Assembly (NCBI GenBank): GCA_951406725.2
Contig: OX597816.1
Coordinates: forward strand, 169,756,001 to 169,820,000
Reading direction: 5' to 3'
Length of the DNA stretch: 64,000 nt
From: Octopus vulgaris
Lineage: Eukaryota
Shown: in pieces, positions 41,826 through 53,630 of the stretch
Position numbering within the stretch: position 1 is the stretch's first letter
Layout: each line of letters opens with the position of its first letter
Position numbers and translations under genes: made by a program
The notes under the pieces: generated by a model
Told to the model about the DNA's origin: nothing
Seen by the model: only the letters and a program-made list of their open reading frames with translations
Database searches by the model: none

Positions 41826-43175
41826 ACTGGTGTTGCCCTCCCTGTAAGTTATAGGTTTTAAGACTCTTGTTTTTATTGCTCAATTCGTGTTGTAAGGTAG
41901 CGGCCCTCCTAGGGAGCTAGTTTTTGTTTAAAAAAGCCCCCTTTGCGGGTGGTGGTGCTAAATCACCAATTAATACACCAATTTCTTCGAAAATTATATC
42001 AAAAGTAATGGCGACAGAGCGAGGGAGTGAGGACGGGAAGTTGAAGAGCCAGCTCAATGAAGACTTCCCAGCTCCCAAGAAGAAAAGAAGAAAGAGGAGA
42101 TGAAAGAAGAAAAGAAAGAAGAGAAAAATTATGGCAAAATAGAGATTTTTTCGCATGCAAGCGAAGCAGGTCGAAGCGGGTTCGCTTCTGCGTGTAACCG
42201 CTTGGAAAATATCGAATTAGATAATGAATTTTTTGGAGAAAGCGAAGGATCTCTTGAAGAAGGAGGGGAGAATTATCACCCTAGACACTTCCATTGAAAT
42301 CGAACAAGAGACCCTGAAGAGGACAATAACATACAAAGTAATGAGTCTAAAAACAAAAAAAAAAAAGGTGGAGAGGGCAACCGAATACGAATAGAAAAAT
42401 TTCTTCGCCCTATTTGGCATAATAAGACTTATGTTAGCAGGTAGAGGCATTTTGGGACCGTAGAAATGAGGTTCCAAAACGAAGAAAAGGTGAGGAAATA
42501 TCCAGTCACCTCTCTTCGCAGTGAGGAACAGTTCCCCGCCCCAGCGTACCTTGGAAGAAGAGCAGTATGGATTAAGGTGGTCGACGTCCCGGTCGAAATC
42601 GAAATAGAATATATAGCAGCAGCCTTCCTGAATGAACTAGAGGATAGGACAAATATCTTTTAGGCATACAAGTTGAGGAAACAAAATTGGATAGGAGCGG
42701 TGATGATGCCCCTCTGCCAAATTGAAGAGGAACAGATAGAAAATATCCCCGACTCTATCATCCTGAGAGGAGGAAAGAGGCTGCATGTTGCGGTCGAAGA
42801 AAGCCCAAGAAAGCACCCGCTAAAATGCCCCTGATGCAAGCACCTCTGCCACAGCAGAAGTTCAAGCAGCAACCAAAGCCGGGGTAAACGAACAAGAGGA
42901 TGCAGTAACATGGGACGTCGGCCATCTAACAAGAGCGGGAAAAAGAGTCACAGGAAAAGCAAAGAGAGAAAAAACAAAAAAAAATGAAAAGAAGAGCGCA
43001 AATTAGTTAACGCTCATCTGTGCAAATGTACCCCTCCCCGACAATGCTTCGGACGCAGAAGAGGACGAGAACCGAACGTCGGACGGGAGATACCAAGAGT
43101 GGACAGTAGTAAAGGGAAGAGAAAACAGAGAACGGAAGAAAAAAAGAAGCAGCAACACACACACAAAAAGAAAAT
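41826..43175 (+). mobile_element. Tx1/L1-type 5' UTR and degraded ORF1
   Basis: MATERGSEDG..PAYLGRRAVWIKVVDVPVEI..IPDSIILRGGKRLHVAVE, with stops and frameshifts. Begins right after a TTA tract. Confidence 0.6.
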
Positions 43176-43199
43176 AGTAAAACACAAAATAATAATCAG

Positions 43200-43765
43200 G
43201 TGCTAAGTTCGTTGTTTTAATAGTCCTTTTCTGAGGTTGTTCGTTCGCCGACCATATTTGTTTCAAAAATTCTTCCACTTCTTCTGCCGTTGGTGCTGCA
43301 GTGATGTCTATTTATTTTTTGCCAAGTTCTTGGTAGAATGTTTTGGGGCTGGAGTTGAACTGTTTGTTTTGTTCAAAGAAACGTTGGCTTTTCTCATACC
43401 GGCGGATCCCTTGTGCTTTGGCAAGGATATCTTGTTTTAGCTTTTCTTTTACTTCAGGTAAATCTTTTTCTGTACTGTTGTATTTGCACAATATTTTTGT
43501 TTTCTTCTTTTTACTTAGTAGTGTTGATTGTTTACTTATTTCGTTAAGAATCGACTGATCGTTTCTCTTTTTTTCTCTTATTTTGGATATTCTTTATCCA
43601 CAGGATTTGTTTGGGTGGTAGTACTCCTGTTTGGATGGGTTTGAGGGAGTATCCAGCTTCTTTTGTGGCTGCAGTAGCTGCTGCATATGTTATGACATTT
43701 AGCTCAGTGAGACTGCCATCTGTTTTGTGGCTATTATTTCCGTGACGGCCAGGTTTCTGCTATTT
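43200..43765 (-). mobile_element. R4/Dong pre-RT fragment
   Basis: NVITYAAATAA..KEKLKQDILAKAQGIRRYEKSQRFFEQNKQFNSSPKTFYQEL..PTAEEVEEFLKQIW; next to a TAA/TGA repeat. Confidence 0.8.
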
Positions 43766-44686
43766 ATTATCATTATGTTGCTTTTTCTTTTATTATTATT
43801 ATTATAATTATTATCATCATCATCATCATCATTATTATTATTGTTTGAAAAGATATAATGATTCGTCGTGGCTTGTAGGCTTTCTTTGAAATTTATTTTA
43901 TTATTTGGTATCGGAATTTTTGCTTGGCGGTTTACTAAATAAGCCAGCTCGCTTTGTTTACAGCGAGTTGGTTTAAAGAAAACTTTTCTCTTTAAGGGCG
44001 ATTTTTGATATTTAAAATTCAATATTTAACAATTCAGAACAAAGAAAACTACATGGCTTTCTAGATCGAGCGAAGTGATGACTGTTTGAACAGCCATTAT
44101 CTTCCCACCATTAGTTGATATGACCGAGGGACAAATCGCAGCCAACAACAACAACAATAACAACAACAGCAACAACAACAACAACAACAACAGAAGCAGC
44201 AGCAGTAGCAGTGACGAGTAGGAAAAAATTAGAAATGACACAAACATGATCTTCAAAACCTTTCCCCACCGCTACCCCCAACAGAAACGTGAACAGAATA
44301 GTAGCAGTGGCCGTACTTATTTCTAAAAGAAATTGGAAACGGTTTCGCACGAGCATGTCGTCGACTAGTGAAAGATGAAATGCCAGAAAAGACGTTGAAC
44401 AACGCCAAAGCACACTTAACAAAGAATGGTAGAATAGCATTTTTAAACACGCCACAGAAACTGCAGGAAGATACTAGAAGAAATACTACCACATACAAAT
44501 GTATTTCAGCAAAAACCGGGAGACTGGAGCGAGTGACGCAAACTCAGATTGAAAATGCTTAAGACCAGTTTCAGGGATACAAACTAATTTTGCCCGTGGA
44601 AAACACTTTGGCACATTTGAAGTAAGATTCAGCAAAGGTATCACCAGATGTGGACATCTCTTTGCCAGTGGCAGCTATATACGACA

Positions 44687-45080
44687 TCTTTATATATAAA
44701 AGAGAGGTTGTGTGCTGTCTGTCTCCTACGATTTAGATTCCTAACTACTCCCACATTTTGCGGTGCAGTTTAACCAAAACCGGGTATCTTATAGTCGTGA
44801 TTCATATCGAGCCCTTCTGGGTATTAGCGCGCGTCTACGATGAGTCTACGATTTAAAAAAAAGTTTACCATCAATTTTCCCCATTTTTAATGCATTTTTG
44901 GCATATATAAGGGAAGTAACTCTCTAAAAATTTATTATTAAATCTCAGAACGTAAAAAGCTACAGTAACACCCCCTTTGTGGTTAGCCATATTGAGATGG
45001 CTATTATACTTTACATCCCTAAAAATGCTTATATAGTTATTTCCCTTACAAACCCGAGCAACGCCGGGCGATACTGCTAG
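44687..45080 (+). mobile_element. Non-autonomous Helitron
   Basis: A|TCTTTATATATAAAAG start, subterminal hairpin CCCGAGCAACGCCGGG, CTAG|T end, no TSD. Confidence 0.9.
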
Positions 45081-45990
45081 TAGAGAATAAAACAATAATT
45101 CTCCAAGTGAACAAAATGGGAAAGGAAAATTAGTAAGGCAAGGGAATAGAATTATCAATACAGACCGATCAGGAGGTATCGAAGCTAATCCTGATCTGAA
45201 TGACCGTAATGGTACATCGTTATTCGTAGCAGTAGAAAGCCAGGGATTCCACATGTGTAGCGACACAAATCACTTAAAGGCTTTCTGGCAAAGAAATGGA
45301 AAGCCACCGCTGCTGCAGATACCTCTAAGCACTACAACAATATCAGTACAAAAAGCAACAGCAGCATCACCAACAACACCATCACCAACAGCAACAGTGT
45401 CAAGAACGGCAGCAGCATCCAAAGCAACAACAACATCGATAGAAGGAACAACAGAAAGAATCCATTCAATAACATCAGCATCAAAATCTGGTACCACACC
45501 CGAGGACAAGGATAACATCTCGTGCATCATCGCAACAGAGAGAAACTTCACCTATTCAAGTCGACCAGGCCACCAGCTTAGAAATGTGTGACTGTGCTGA
45601 CATACGCCTGCCACTTGCTACAGATTTCTCGGGCCATGAAAGCTCGTTTAGCAAGGAAAACAGTTTGGAAAACTACATGAATGGACCATAGTTAAAGAAA
45701 AAGCAAAACATACAAAATGAATAAGTTCGGTGCAAGACTGAAAACGATAAGTTTTGAGAAAGATACACAGAAACCAACAAATCATGAAACATCCACGCAC
45801 TCTTCACCAACATAGCTACAAACATCATTGACACTATAAACACCTCCATTACAAACACTTCAACAAGCCAAAACTCATGGCAATCCAGATCAATAACATC
45901 AACAACACTCTCAAGACTTCATCAATTACGCAGCGATAGACAAAAACAAGAAATTAATAAATTAATAAAATATATTCTAAAATACACTCT

Positions 45991-46290
45991 GCAATGGCTC
46001 AGTGGTTATGGAAGCGGACTCGCGGTTTCAATCCCCAGACGGGGTGTTGTGTGTGTTTATTGAGCGAAAACACCTAAAAGCTCCATGAGGCTCCGGCAGG
46101 GGGTGGTGGAGATCCCTGTTGTACTCTTTCGCCCCAAAGTTCTCTCACTTTCTCTTCCTGTTTCTTGGGTAACGCTGCGGTGGACTGGCGTCCTGTCCAG
46201 CTGGGGGGGGGGGGGCACATACGCCACAGAAACCGCGAAACCGGGCCCATGAGCCTGGCTAGGCTTGAAAAGGGCGCATAAATAAATAAA
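45991..46290 (+). mobile_element. tRNA-derived SINE family C (Meta/V-domain-like)
   Basis: A box TGGCTCAGTGGTTA, B-box-like GGTTTCAATCCC, GGGTAACGCTGCGGTGGACTGGCGTCCTGTCCAG..CCACAGAAACCG, (TAAA)n tail. Confidence 0.7.
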
Positions 46291-46694
46291 AATGCACTGA
46301 CATTACTAAAGATGAGTACATAGCAATCCCGCATCGCACCACTATTCCCATAAAATTGTAAAAAACAACACAACGGACTTACAAAAAACTGAAAGCAAAA
46401 TATCCCAAAGGATGTTCGTTGAACCATCAACAAAAGATTCAACAAAAAATGCTTCTGGAGACACCCACAAATAACCAAAAGCAAAGAACATCTGTCTCTT
46501 CACCGAAATAGAGTGATTTAATTTATTCACTTTCTCTCTGACAAACATGGCCTTGTTCAACGCCATAAATGCATGCGGCCTGGAGTCGCCTTAGAAACAG
46601 GGCCACCTCAGGTAACTTAGTGTGGATGTGGAGGCTATCAGTGAGACCAGGCCCTCTTATCGACCATCATATATGAAAAAAGTATAAGAGAATC

Positions 46695-47375
46695 AGATAT
46701 CTGCTGCTGGAAAGGACCGACCAAGTAAAGGACCTGAGTATCTTGGTGGATTCTTCCTTTTCGCCTTCGGCTCAGTGCGTTCATGCTGCCAACAAAGCAC
46801 GCGGTGTTCTGTTTATGATTCGACGGTCATTCGGAATGTCACGCTCTATGTCTCGCTGGTGAGACCCATATTGGAGTACGGGATTCAAGCCTCTTCTCCT
46901 TATCTCCTTAAAGACATATATCATCTCGAAAGAGTCCAGAAGCTGGCTACCCGCATGGTTCTTGGTCTCAAGAATTTGTCTTATGAAGAAAGGCTGAAGA
47001 CGCTCGACCTTTATTCTCTAGAAAAACGATGACGCCGTGGTGATCTCATTCTTGCTCACAATATCATAAGCGGAGAGTGTAACCTCTCGAAAGAGCTGTT
47101 CTTCACTCCTGCTCCAGAGCGTCGGCTGCGGGGTCACTCTGAAAAGCTCTATCTGCGACGATTTCATCTCAATCGAAGGAGAGGGGCTTTCTCCGTCCGG
47201 GTTGCGGATACGTGGAATAAGCTGCCGGACGAGATAGTGAAGATGCCGATGACCGCCCGGTTCAAAGTCTCCCTTGACTACAAATGGCCTGAACACCACC
47301 CTGTACATAACTCCATGTCCCCCTATATGGCCTTGCTTTTTGCCTTTTGAGCCAAAAAATTAACTAAACTTAACT
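46695..47375 (+). mobile_element. 5'-truncated CR1-clade LINE
   Basis: LVRPILEYG..LERVQKLATRMV..YEERLKTLDLYSLEKR*RRGDLI..RGHSEKL..FSVRVADTWNKLP, with a TAAC-type tail. Confidence 0.92.
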
Positions 47376-47384
47376 TTCAAATTT

Positions 47385-47680
47385 ATGATGTTTTTGTTAG
47401 ACTGTGGGCAATATCCATGAGAGCAATTTTTTGTAGTTCCGATATCTTGGAATGCCTGACATTTGGTCATTTTGTTTGAGAGTGCCATTTGGTATTGCCA
47501 CAGAAGCTCCGGTGATGACAGGTAAGTTTGTTGTTCTTAGATGTCACATTTTAGAGGTCATTTTATCTACTGAATGACTTCAAAGTCATTTTATCAAACT
47601 AAATTTTCAAATGTTTTTACAAAAGTGTTGGAGTCTGCTAGGATAAACATATCCATGAGCAGACATATCTATTGCTCCAC
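47385..47680 (-). mobile_element. Degraded Dong RLE C-terminus
   Basis: CLLMDMFILADSN..HLRTTNLPVITGAS..ELQKIALMDIAHSL. Confidence 0.65.
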
Positions 47681-48646
47681 TAGTTGCGCCTCTATATTTC
47701 TGAGGTGTCTGTAGCAATGTCTTTTACGACTGCAGAGTTTGATTTATTTACTACTATAATTTTTTTTTTGCTTTGTAGTGAGAGTTATTTCTTCTGAGTA
47801 TTTAGCGTGGGGTCAAGTATGATAACATAAATTTGAATACGTGTCATCAACTCATGACTCTTTGTCTTTCTTTGTTCAACGAATTCTGAATCACTATCTC
47901 TAAAATATTCTTATAGAGACGGTAGGGTGTGATTTGACTATTATTTCTGTTTAACCAAGTTCATTGACTTTGTATTCTTCTTTCCAGTTTTGTTCATTTC
48001 AGTGTTAACTTTCTTTGATACGTTGTAATTTCCCTTTTTACTTTGATTGTTATTACGCGTGGGACTGATGATGATTTTTTCACATTTGTTAAAGAATTCA
48101 TTCTATTAGTACTTCTATGGTTTCCATTTTTTACCATTATTTTCTTTTTGTATATCTTCTTTCTTTGAGTCGGTTTTTGAATTTCTGTTAAGACTTGTTA
48201 ATCACTTTTTTGGTGATTTTTTCTAGTGTTTTGACGGCTCCTTTATGTGCGATCTTTTCTGTTGTATTGTTTTATTTCTTTTGTAGTCTTATGAATTTGT
48301 ATAACGTTAGTTCTGTTATGAAACTTCTTGTTTGTATTAGGCAATATTCTACGTGTATAATCAACAATAATCAACGTGTATGTAAGTTTATTTCCAGTGT
48401 AAATCCTTCAATGAATTGTTTTATTTCAATTTTCTTTACATTTTGTTATTGTCTGTTATAAATGAATGTTCAATCACAAGAGTGTTCGTATTCATATTAT
48501 CATTCGCTTCATTTCTTTTCTCTTCACAACTCATAAGACTTTTTAAAATTGCTCAAGTATTTTGGATAAACTGCCATGTGTAATGGGAACGTGTAACTCT
48601 GCAATGACTAGTGCAGCGTTATCTTTTTAATTTTGTTTTATCTTGA

Positions 48647-48696
<50 letters not shown>

Positions 48697-48959
48697 CACT
48701 TCTTCTTCTTCTTCTTTTGGTATGTTGATGTCGGCGAGATGTCTCCGCGAAACGTTGGATTTTATGATAATGTGTTTACTGAAGGAGAACTTTTCCATTT
48801 TGCAAACAAATGACATCGGAACATTTGAATGCCTCCCCGTTTGTCTAAGAGGAAATATCTGCCTGTCTCCAAGACATTTAAGGGATTATACAGCATTTCC
48901 ATTTGCTAACAACTCAGTACGTTCTCTATGATCCAAGGAGCTAAGCTTGCAACAAACGA

Positions 48960-50200
48960 AATGGCTTCGTTCAAGCCTAGAAAAAAATCTGAAAAGGAAT
49001 AGAATTGATTTAGCTGGCACAATAAGTAGTTGCACGTAAACAGATGGAGAACGTAATAGCATTTCTAATAATGCTAGTGATAAGAGCAATTGCAGCCGTT
49101 TTGCTAGCATCGCTAAACAACAACTCGATAGAGGTTTGTTCCAAAGAAGAAAAGAAAGAAAAAATGAAAAGTGCTATGCTATATGACACAAACTTTCTCC
49201 CCCGAGGAAATTAATTAAAGAACGGGCAAAAAGAAAGTCACGTATCATTGCTTTTTTCTTTAAAAAAAATAGCGGGACTACCGTATGATTTCAAAGGAAG
49301 AGATGGAAGAGACCTCGATCAATATATCGCAATATGTGTGCTCGACTGCAGGGTAATGCCTATGGAAAATGTGTTTGATCTTTAAGAACAATGATGAAAG
49401 GAGGAATTGTGTGGACTTGCTGCGTTACACCTTTAACCATAGACTGGTGTTGCAATACATAGGAAGCTGAGATATATTGGTATCTGTTAGAAATACTTGT
49501 AGTACGCTTGGCTCTTGCCTTGTCGTCTCATTTCTGACACAGTATAAGATGGCGGTGAGCGTATAGGTGGAACAGAATAACATGTGTTTAGGTAGATACA
49601 AGTTCCGATGACGAACAAAAACAAAAACAAAAAAAATTCTTGAGCTATACTCTGTCGTGAAGCAAGGAACGAAATTGATTAGACTGGTGTTGCAAACGAT
49701 AAAGTCCACTTTATAAATGATAGTAAGACCATTCGAAGGCATTTTCTCTTGCGGAGCTGGAAGAGGGAAGTAAAAGAAAAATCGATGAATAACGACAGAG
49801 TCAGCAACATTTACAGTCGGTTTGGGAAATGCTGTTTTCATGCAACCATTCGTCAGAACTCCGAGGATATCTAATGATCAAACCCAACGAAGTCTTCTTC
49901 TTGCAGTACTAACCTATTATACTTTAAAGTGCAAATGAAGGGTGGAAAGAGTCAAAAACTGTCGCAAAGAGCAAACAGGGGGAAAACACAATAGAAAATA
50001 AATGAACTGAAGCCAAGGGCGTGTAAGACACACAGAAACTTCCACTAGATGGTATGAGTTTCATAAATATGAAAAGCACAAAAGTGATCCTGATAGAAGT
50101 AGTGAATGACACGAACGGAAGCGAAGAGGATGATGTGTTAATTGAAGAGGAGAAAATAGGATCAACTTTCAAAAGACGATCAGATGATAAGCCATTGCCA
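48960..50200 (+). mobile_element. Possible highly degraded Tx1-type ORF1
   Basis: Purine-rich, coding-like strand. LQYIGS*DILVSVRN resembles PAYLGRRAVWIKV of the 41826 ORF1. Confidence 0.35.
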
Positions 50201-50479
50201 TAACTGTACTATCATCATGAGAAACAAGCCTGTCCAGAAAACGTGAGATTCCTGTGGTCTTATCCAACATGGTGGATATTCATGGATATTTTTAAGCGCG
50301 CTAGTTTCCTGGACTAGAAATAGAAAACTGTTAGATTGGTCGGATGCTCATCCAATCTATGTGGCGGCTTTTTACTAGCGCCTGTTAAACTCGGTTGTTT
50401 ATTTATAACATTTTCGCCACTCACCATTTCTATATAGATATCTGAGTATATTCCTTAAAAACACTATTTGAATTAAGGA

Positions 50480-51059
50480 CTTGGCTCTTGTGGGAAACAA
50501 AGTTCAAAGTGATGCAGTACCAGACAGTGGCTATCATGTCTTCTGATCTTAACTGATTGGAAGTGTTATCATGTACATTGTTTTGTCTTGGTATAAAAGA
50601 TGGGCTACAGCAAATATTCTGCTCAATACCACAGATTTGCTTGTCAGTTGTTTGACCTTAACCAGTTGAGCATGTCCCTTAGTGGCTGATGATATGTGCA
50701 TCTCTGATCATGAGCAGAAGTAGTGGGGGAGCATCATAACCATATGTTGAGAGGGATTCTTTGGGGTTTGAATAATTCACCTCTGGAAACATGAGTGTTT
50801 CGTTCAACATCATTAAACAATCCTTATTCAGGGACGTTTTGAGCGAGATGGGCTACTCGACCAGAAGAAAATTCTACCTGGGCCCTACCTGCAAGGTCAT
50901 GTGCTGTTTATTTTGATATAAGATCACAATGTCGCGCACATATGGTTGTGATGCATGTGCCTGGTGTACCCTTATCAGACAGGTAGTCATAATGGGTAAA
51001 CTGGGCTTCGTATGTTTTACCCCAGTGTCACTTTGATGGGATGCACTGCTCTCCTCTCA

Positions 51060-51062
<3 letters not shown>
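50480..51062 (+). mobile_element. Non-coding retroelement 3' region (probable Dong-family 3'UTR or derivative) with (TAA)n tail
   Basis: The last about 220 bp match 33628-33843, which is fused to a Dong ORF. Followed by about 22 TAA units. Confidence 0.7.
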
Positions 51063-51130
<68 letters not shown>

Positions 51131-51335
51131 TAACAACAATGACTTCAAATTTTGGCACAAGGCTAGGAATTTCAGTGGGAGGGACGTAAGTAGATTACAT
51201 CAACTCAAATGTTCAACTGATACTTATTTTATCGACTTCTAAAAGATGAAGTGCAAAGTCTACCCCACCGGTATTTAAGCTATATAAAAAAAAATGCCGC
51301 TAAGCATTTTTCTCGGTGTACTACATTTTCTGCCT

Positions 51336-51391
<56 letters not shown>

Positions 51392-51392
51392 T

Positions 51393-51427
<35 letters not shown>

Positions 51428-51960
51428 ATAATAATAATAATTATGATGACAATCTTGGTGATGATGGTGATGATGGTGACAATGATAATGAAATTATTAC
51501 TATTTTTATTGTTGTTGTTGTTCTGTATTAGATGGTTTTCCTTTTGACTCATAAAATGTTATTTGTTTTTGCTGGAACTGCTTTGTTTTGGTTTATTATT
51601 TTATGGAGTGGAGACATTTCGTTTTAATAGGGCCCCTACTTCCTTGTATAAAATGTGTGTGGAGGGGGAGCAACAAGTGTGGTCGCTAAGGGGCATCGCT
51701 TTGACATCAAAACAATTTCAACGCATCAAAAATTTTAATGTATAAAAAAACTATGTTGATATCAGAACACACGCTCATTACACTTTGGATTAATAGGAGA
51801 GAAAATGATTCGTCTGACTAAGGCACTGAACAGCAGCGATTTCTCTTACATAATCTCAAACGGCATTGGTTTGACTACCATCAGTACAAGTGAGGGAAAA
51901 AGAGAATACGCGAAAATAACGACAATGCTAACAACAATTACAACAATAACATCTATAACA

Positions 51961-52360
51961 GGCGCAGGAGTGGCTGTGTGGTAAGTAGCTTGCTAACCAA
52001 CCACATGGTTGCGGGTTCAGTCCTACTGCGTGGCATCTTGGGCAAGTGTCTTCTGCTATAGCCCCGGGCCGACCAATGTCTTTTGAGTGGATTTGGTAGA
52101 CGGAAACTAAAAGAAGCCTGTCGTATATATGTATATATATATATATGTGTGTGTGTCTGTGTTTGTCCCCCTAGCATTGCTTGACAACCGATGCTGGTGT
52201 GTTTACGTCCCCGTCACTTAGCGGTTCGGCAAAACAGATCGATAGAATAAGTACTGGGCTTACAAAGAATAAGTCCCGGGGTCGATTTGATCGACTAAAG
52301 GCGGTGTTCCAGCATGGCCGCAGTCAAATGACTGAAACAAGTAAAAGAGAGTAAAATAGT
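51961..52360 (+). mobile_element. SINE A, full length
   Basis: GGCGCAGGAGTGGCTGTGTGG head to GTAAAAGAGAGTAAAA tail. Confidence 0.9.
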
Positions 52361-52566
52361 ATAACAAAATCGGTAGCAGCATCAAAAGCAACAAAAACAA
52401 CAGCAGAAGTAACAGCAACAACATTGATAGCAGTAACAACAGCGACAACAATAGCAACGGTAGCAACAACAACAAAAACATCTCCATTAGCAACAACTAC
52501 AAGAACAAAATTAGTGACCTCAGCAGCAACAAAATAGCAACGATAATAATAGCAGCGATAATAATA

Positions 52567-52797
52567 AAGGCGGCGAGCTGGCAGAACCGTTAGCACGCCG
52601 GGCGAAATGCTTAGCGGTATTGCGTATGTCGTTGCGTTCTGAGTTCAAATTCCGCCGAGGTCGACTTTGCCTTTCATCCTTTCGGGGCCGATAAATTAAG
52701 TACCAGTTACGCAGTGGGGTCGATGTAATCGACTTAATCCATTTGTTTGTCCTTGTTTGTCCCCTCTATGTTTAGCCCCTTGTGGGTAATAAAGAAA
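52567..52797 (+). mobile_element. Monomeric SINE B ending in the Tx1-like tail
   Basis: Ends GCCCCTTGTGGGTAATAAAGAAA. GATAATAATA occurs on both sides (possible TSD in low-complexity DNA). Confidence 0.9.
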
Positions 52798-53129
52798 CAG
52801 ATAATAATAGCAGTACCAGCAACATTAATAGCAGCATCAACAACAATAGCAACGATGACGACAAGCGGTAAGGGACAATTCTAAAGGCGAGCAAATTTTT
52901 TGCTGGCATGGCGGTGAAGGCGACGAAATACTTCTCACTCTCCCTAAACAAAAGGGAATCACGCCTGACACATGCGAGACAAGTTGTGAAAGTGAACGGG
53001 AGGGGTACGCATGTTACAATCCCAGCCGAAAATTTCGAAGCAACTGTACAGAAGACGGTGCTGTATCACTGTGTTGCTAAAACGTGACGCCAAGTAGTAG
53101 CAATAGAAACCCAGATGGAAAGAGCCTTC

Positions 53130-53630
53130 AAGGCTCTGTAGGGTAGACATAGGCAGAGGCAGGTCTGTTCCGGAGTCCTTTGGTGTTAGGGCACATTAGT
53201 GATGTCCAGAAATTTTCTGCCGAGCAATATTATCGGAGATCACTGCCGGTTTGGAATAAATTCTACAGGCATGGAAGTGCCGTCAACATTACACACAGAG
53301 CGATGAAACCCTTCCGCGCACATTCACTCATTAGCAGAGCATTGCTGGCCTGTGAAGTGATATTGAATACTTGTTGTCGCATATAGGAAGAACCCAGGTT
53401 TCTCCTGAGTCCACCGTCAAGATCGTTCTGCTGTCTTCATCGCTTATGTGGCCTTACAGAAAGGGAGACACCTTACACTTTGGCTAAGCATTCAACTCTT
53501 TCGAGTTTCACTTGAATAGGAAAGTGAAGGTGGAGAGTAAAGTGCTGCCTCACATCAAATTTATCAAAAAGTGGATGAGTGTGGCAAAGTTGATCCAGGT
53601 TAATGGGTCTGTTCGGACAAAAATTTAAAG
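53130..53630 (+). mobile_element. Degraded Tx1-type ORF2 C-terminus
   Basis: QYYRRSLPVWNKFYRHGS and FHLNRKVKVESKVL..FIKKWMSVAKL align with the TATC copies. Confidence 0.7.

Larger units (their letters stand above)
44230..46665 (+). mobile_element. Degraded Tx1-type ORF1 and start of APE endonuclease, interrupted by a Helitron and SINE C
   Basis: FARGKHFGTFEVRF, LFVAVES..CSDTNHLKAF (knuckle remnant), and NAINACGLESP*KQGHL..SVDVEAISETR (APE N-terminal motifs). Confidence 0.55.

Noticed and set aside
48720-48760. Hammerhead-like GCGAGATGTCTCCGCGAAACGTT
   Set aside because: There is no acceptable CUGANGA core or stem I.
51961-52640. tRNA genes
   Set aside because: The A/B-box sequences are SINE heads continuing into SINE bodies; no full cloverleaf was seen.
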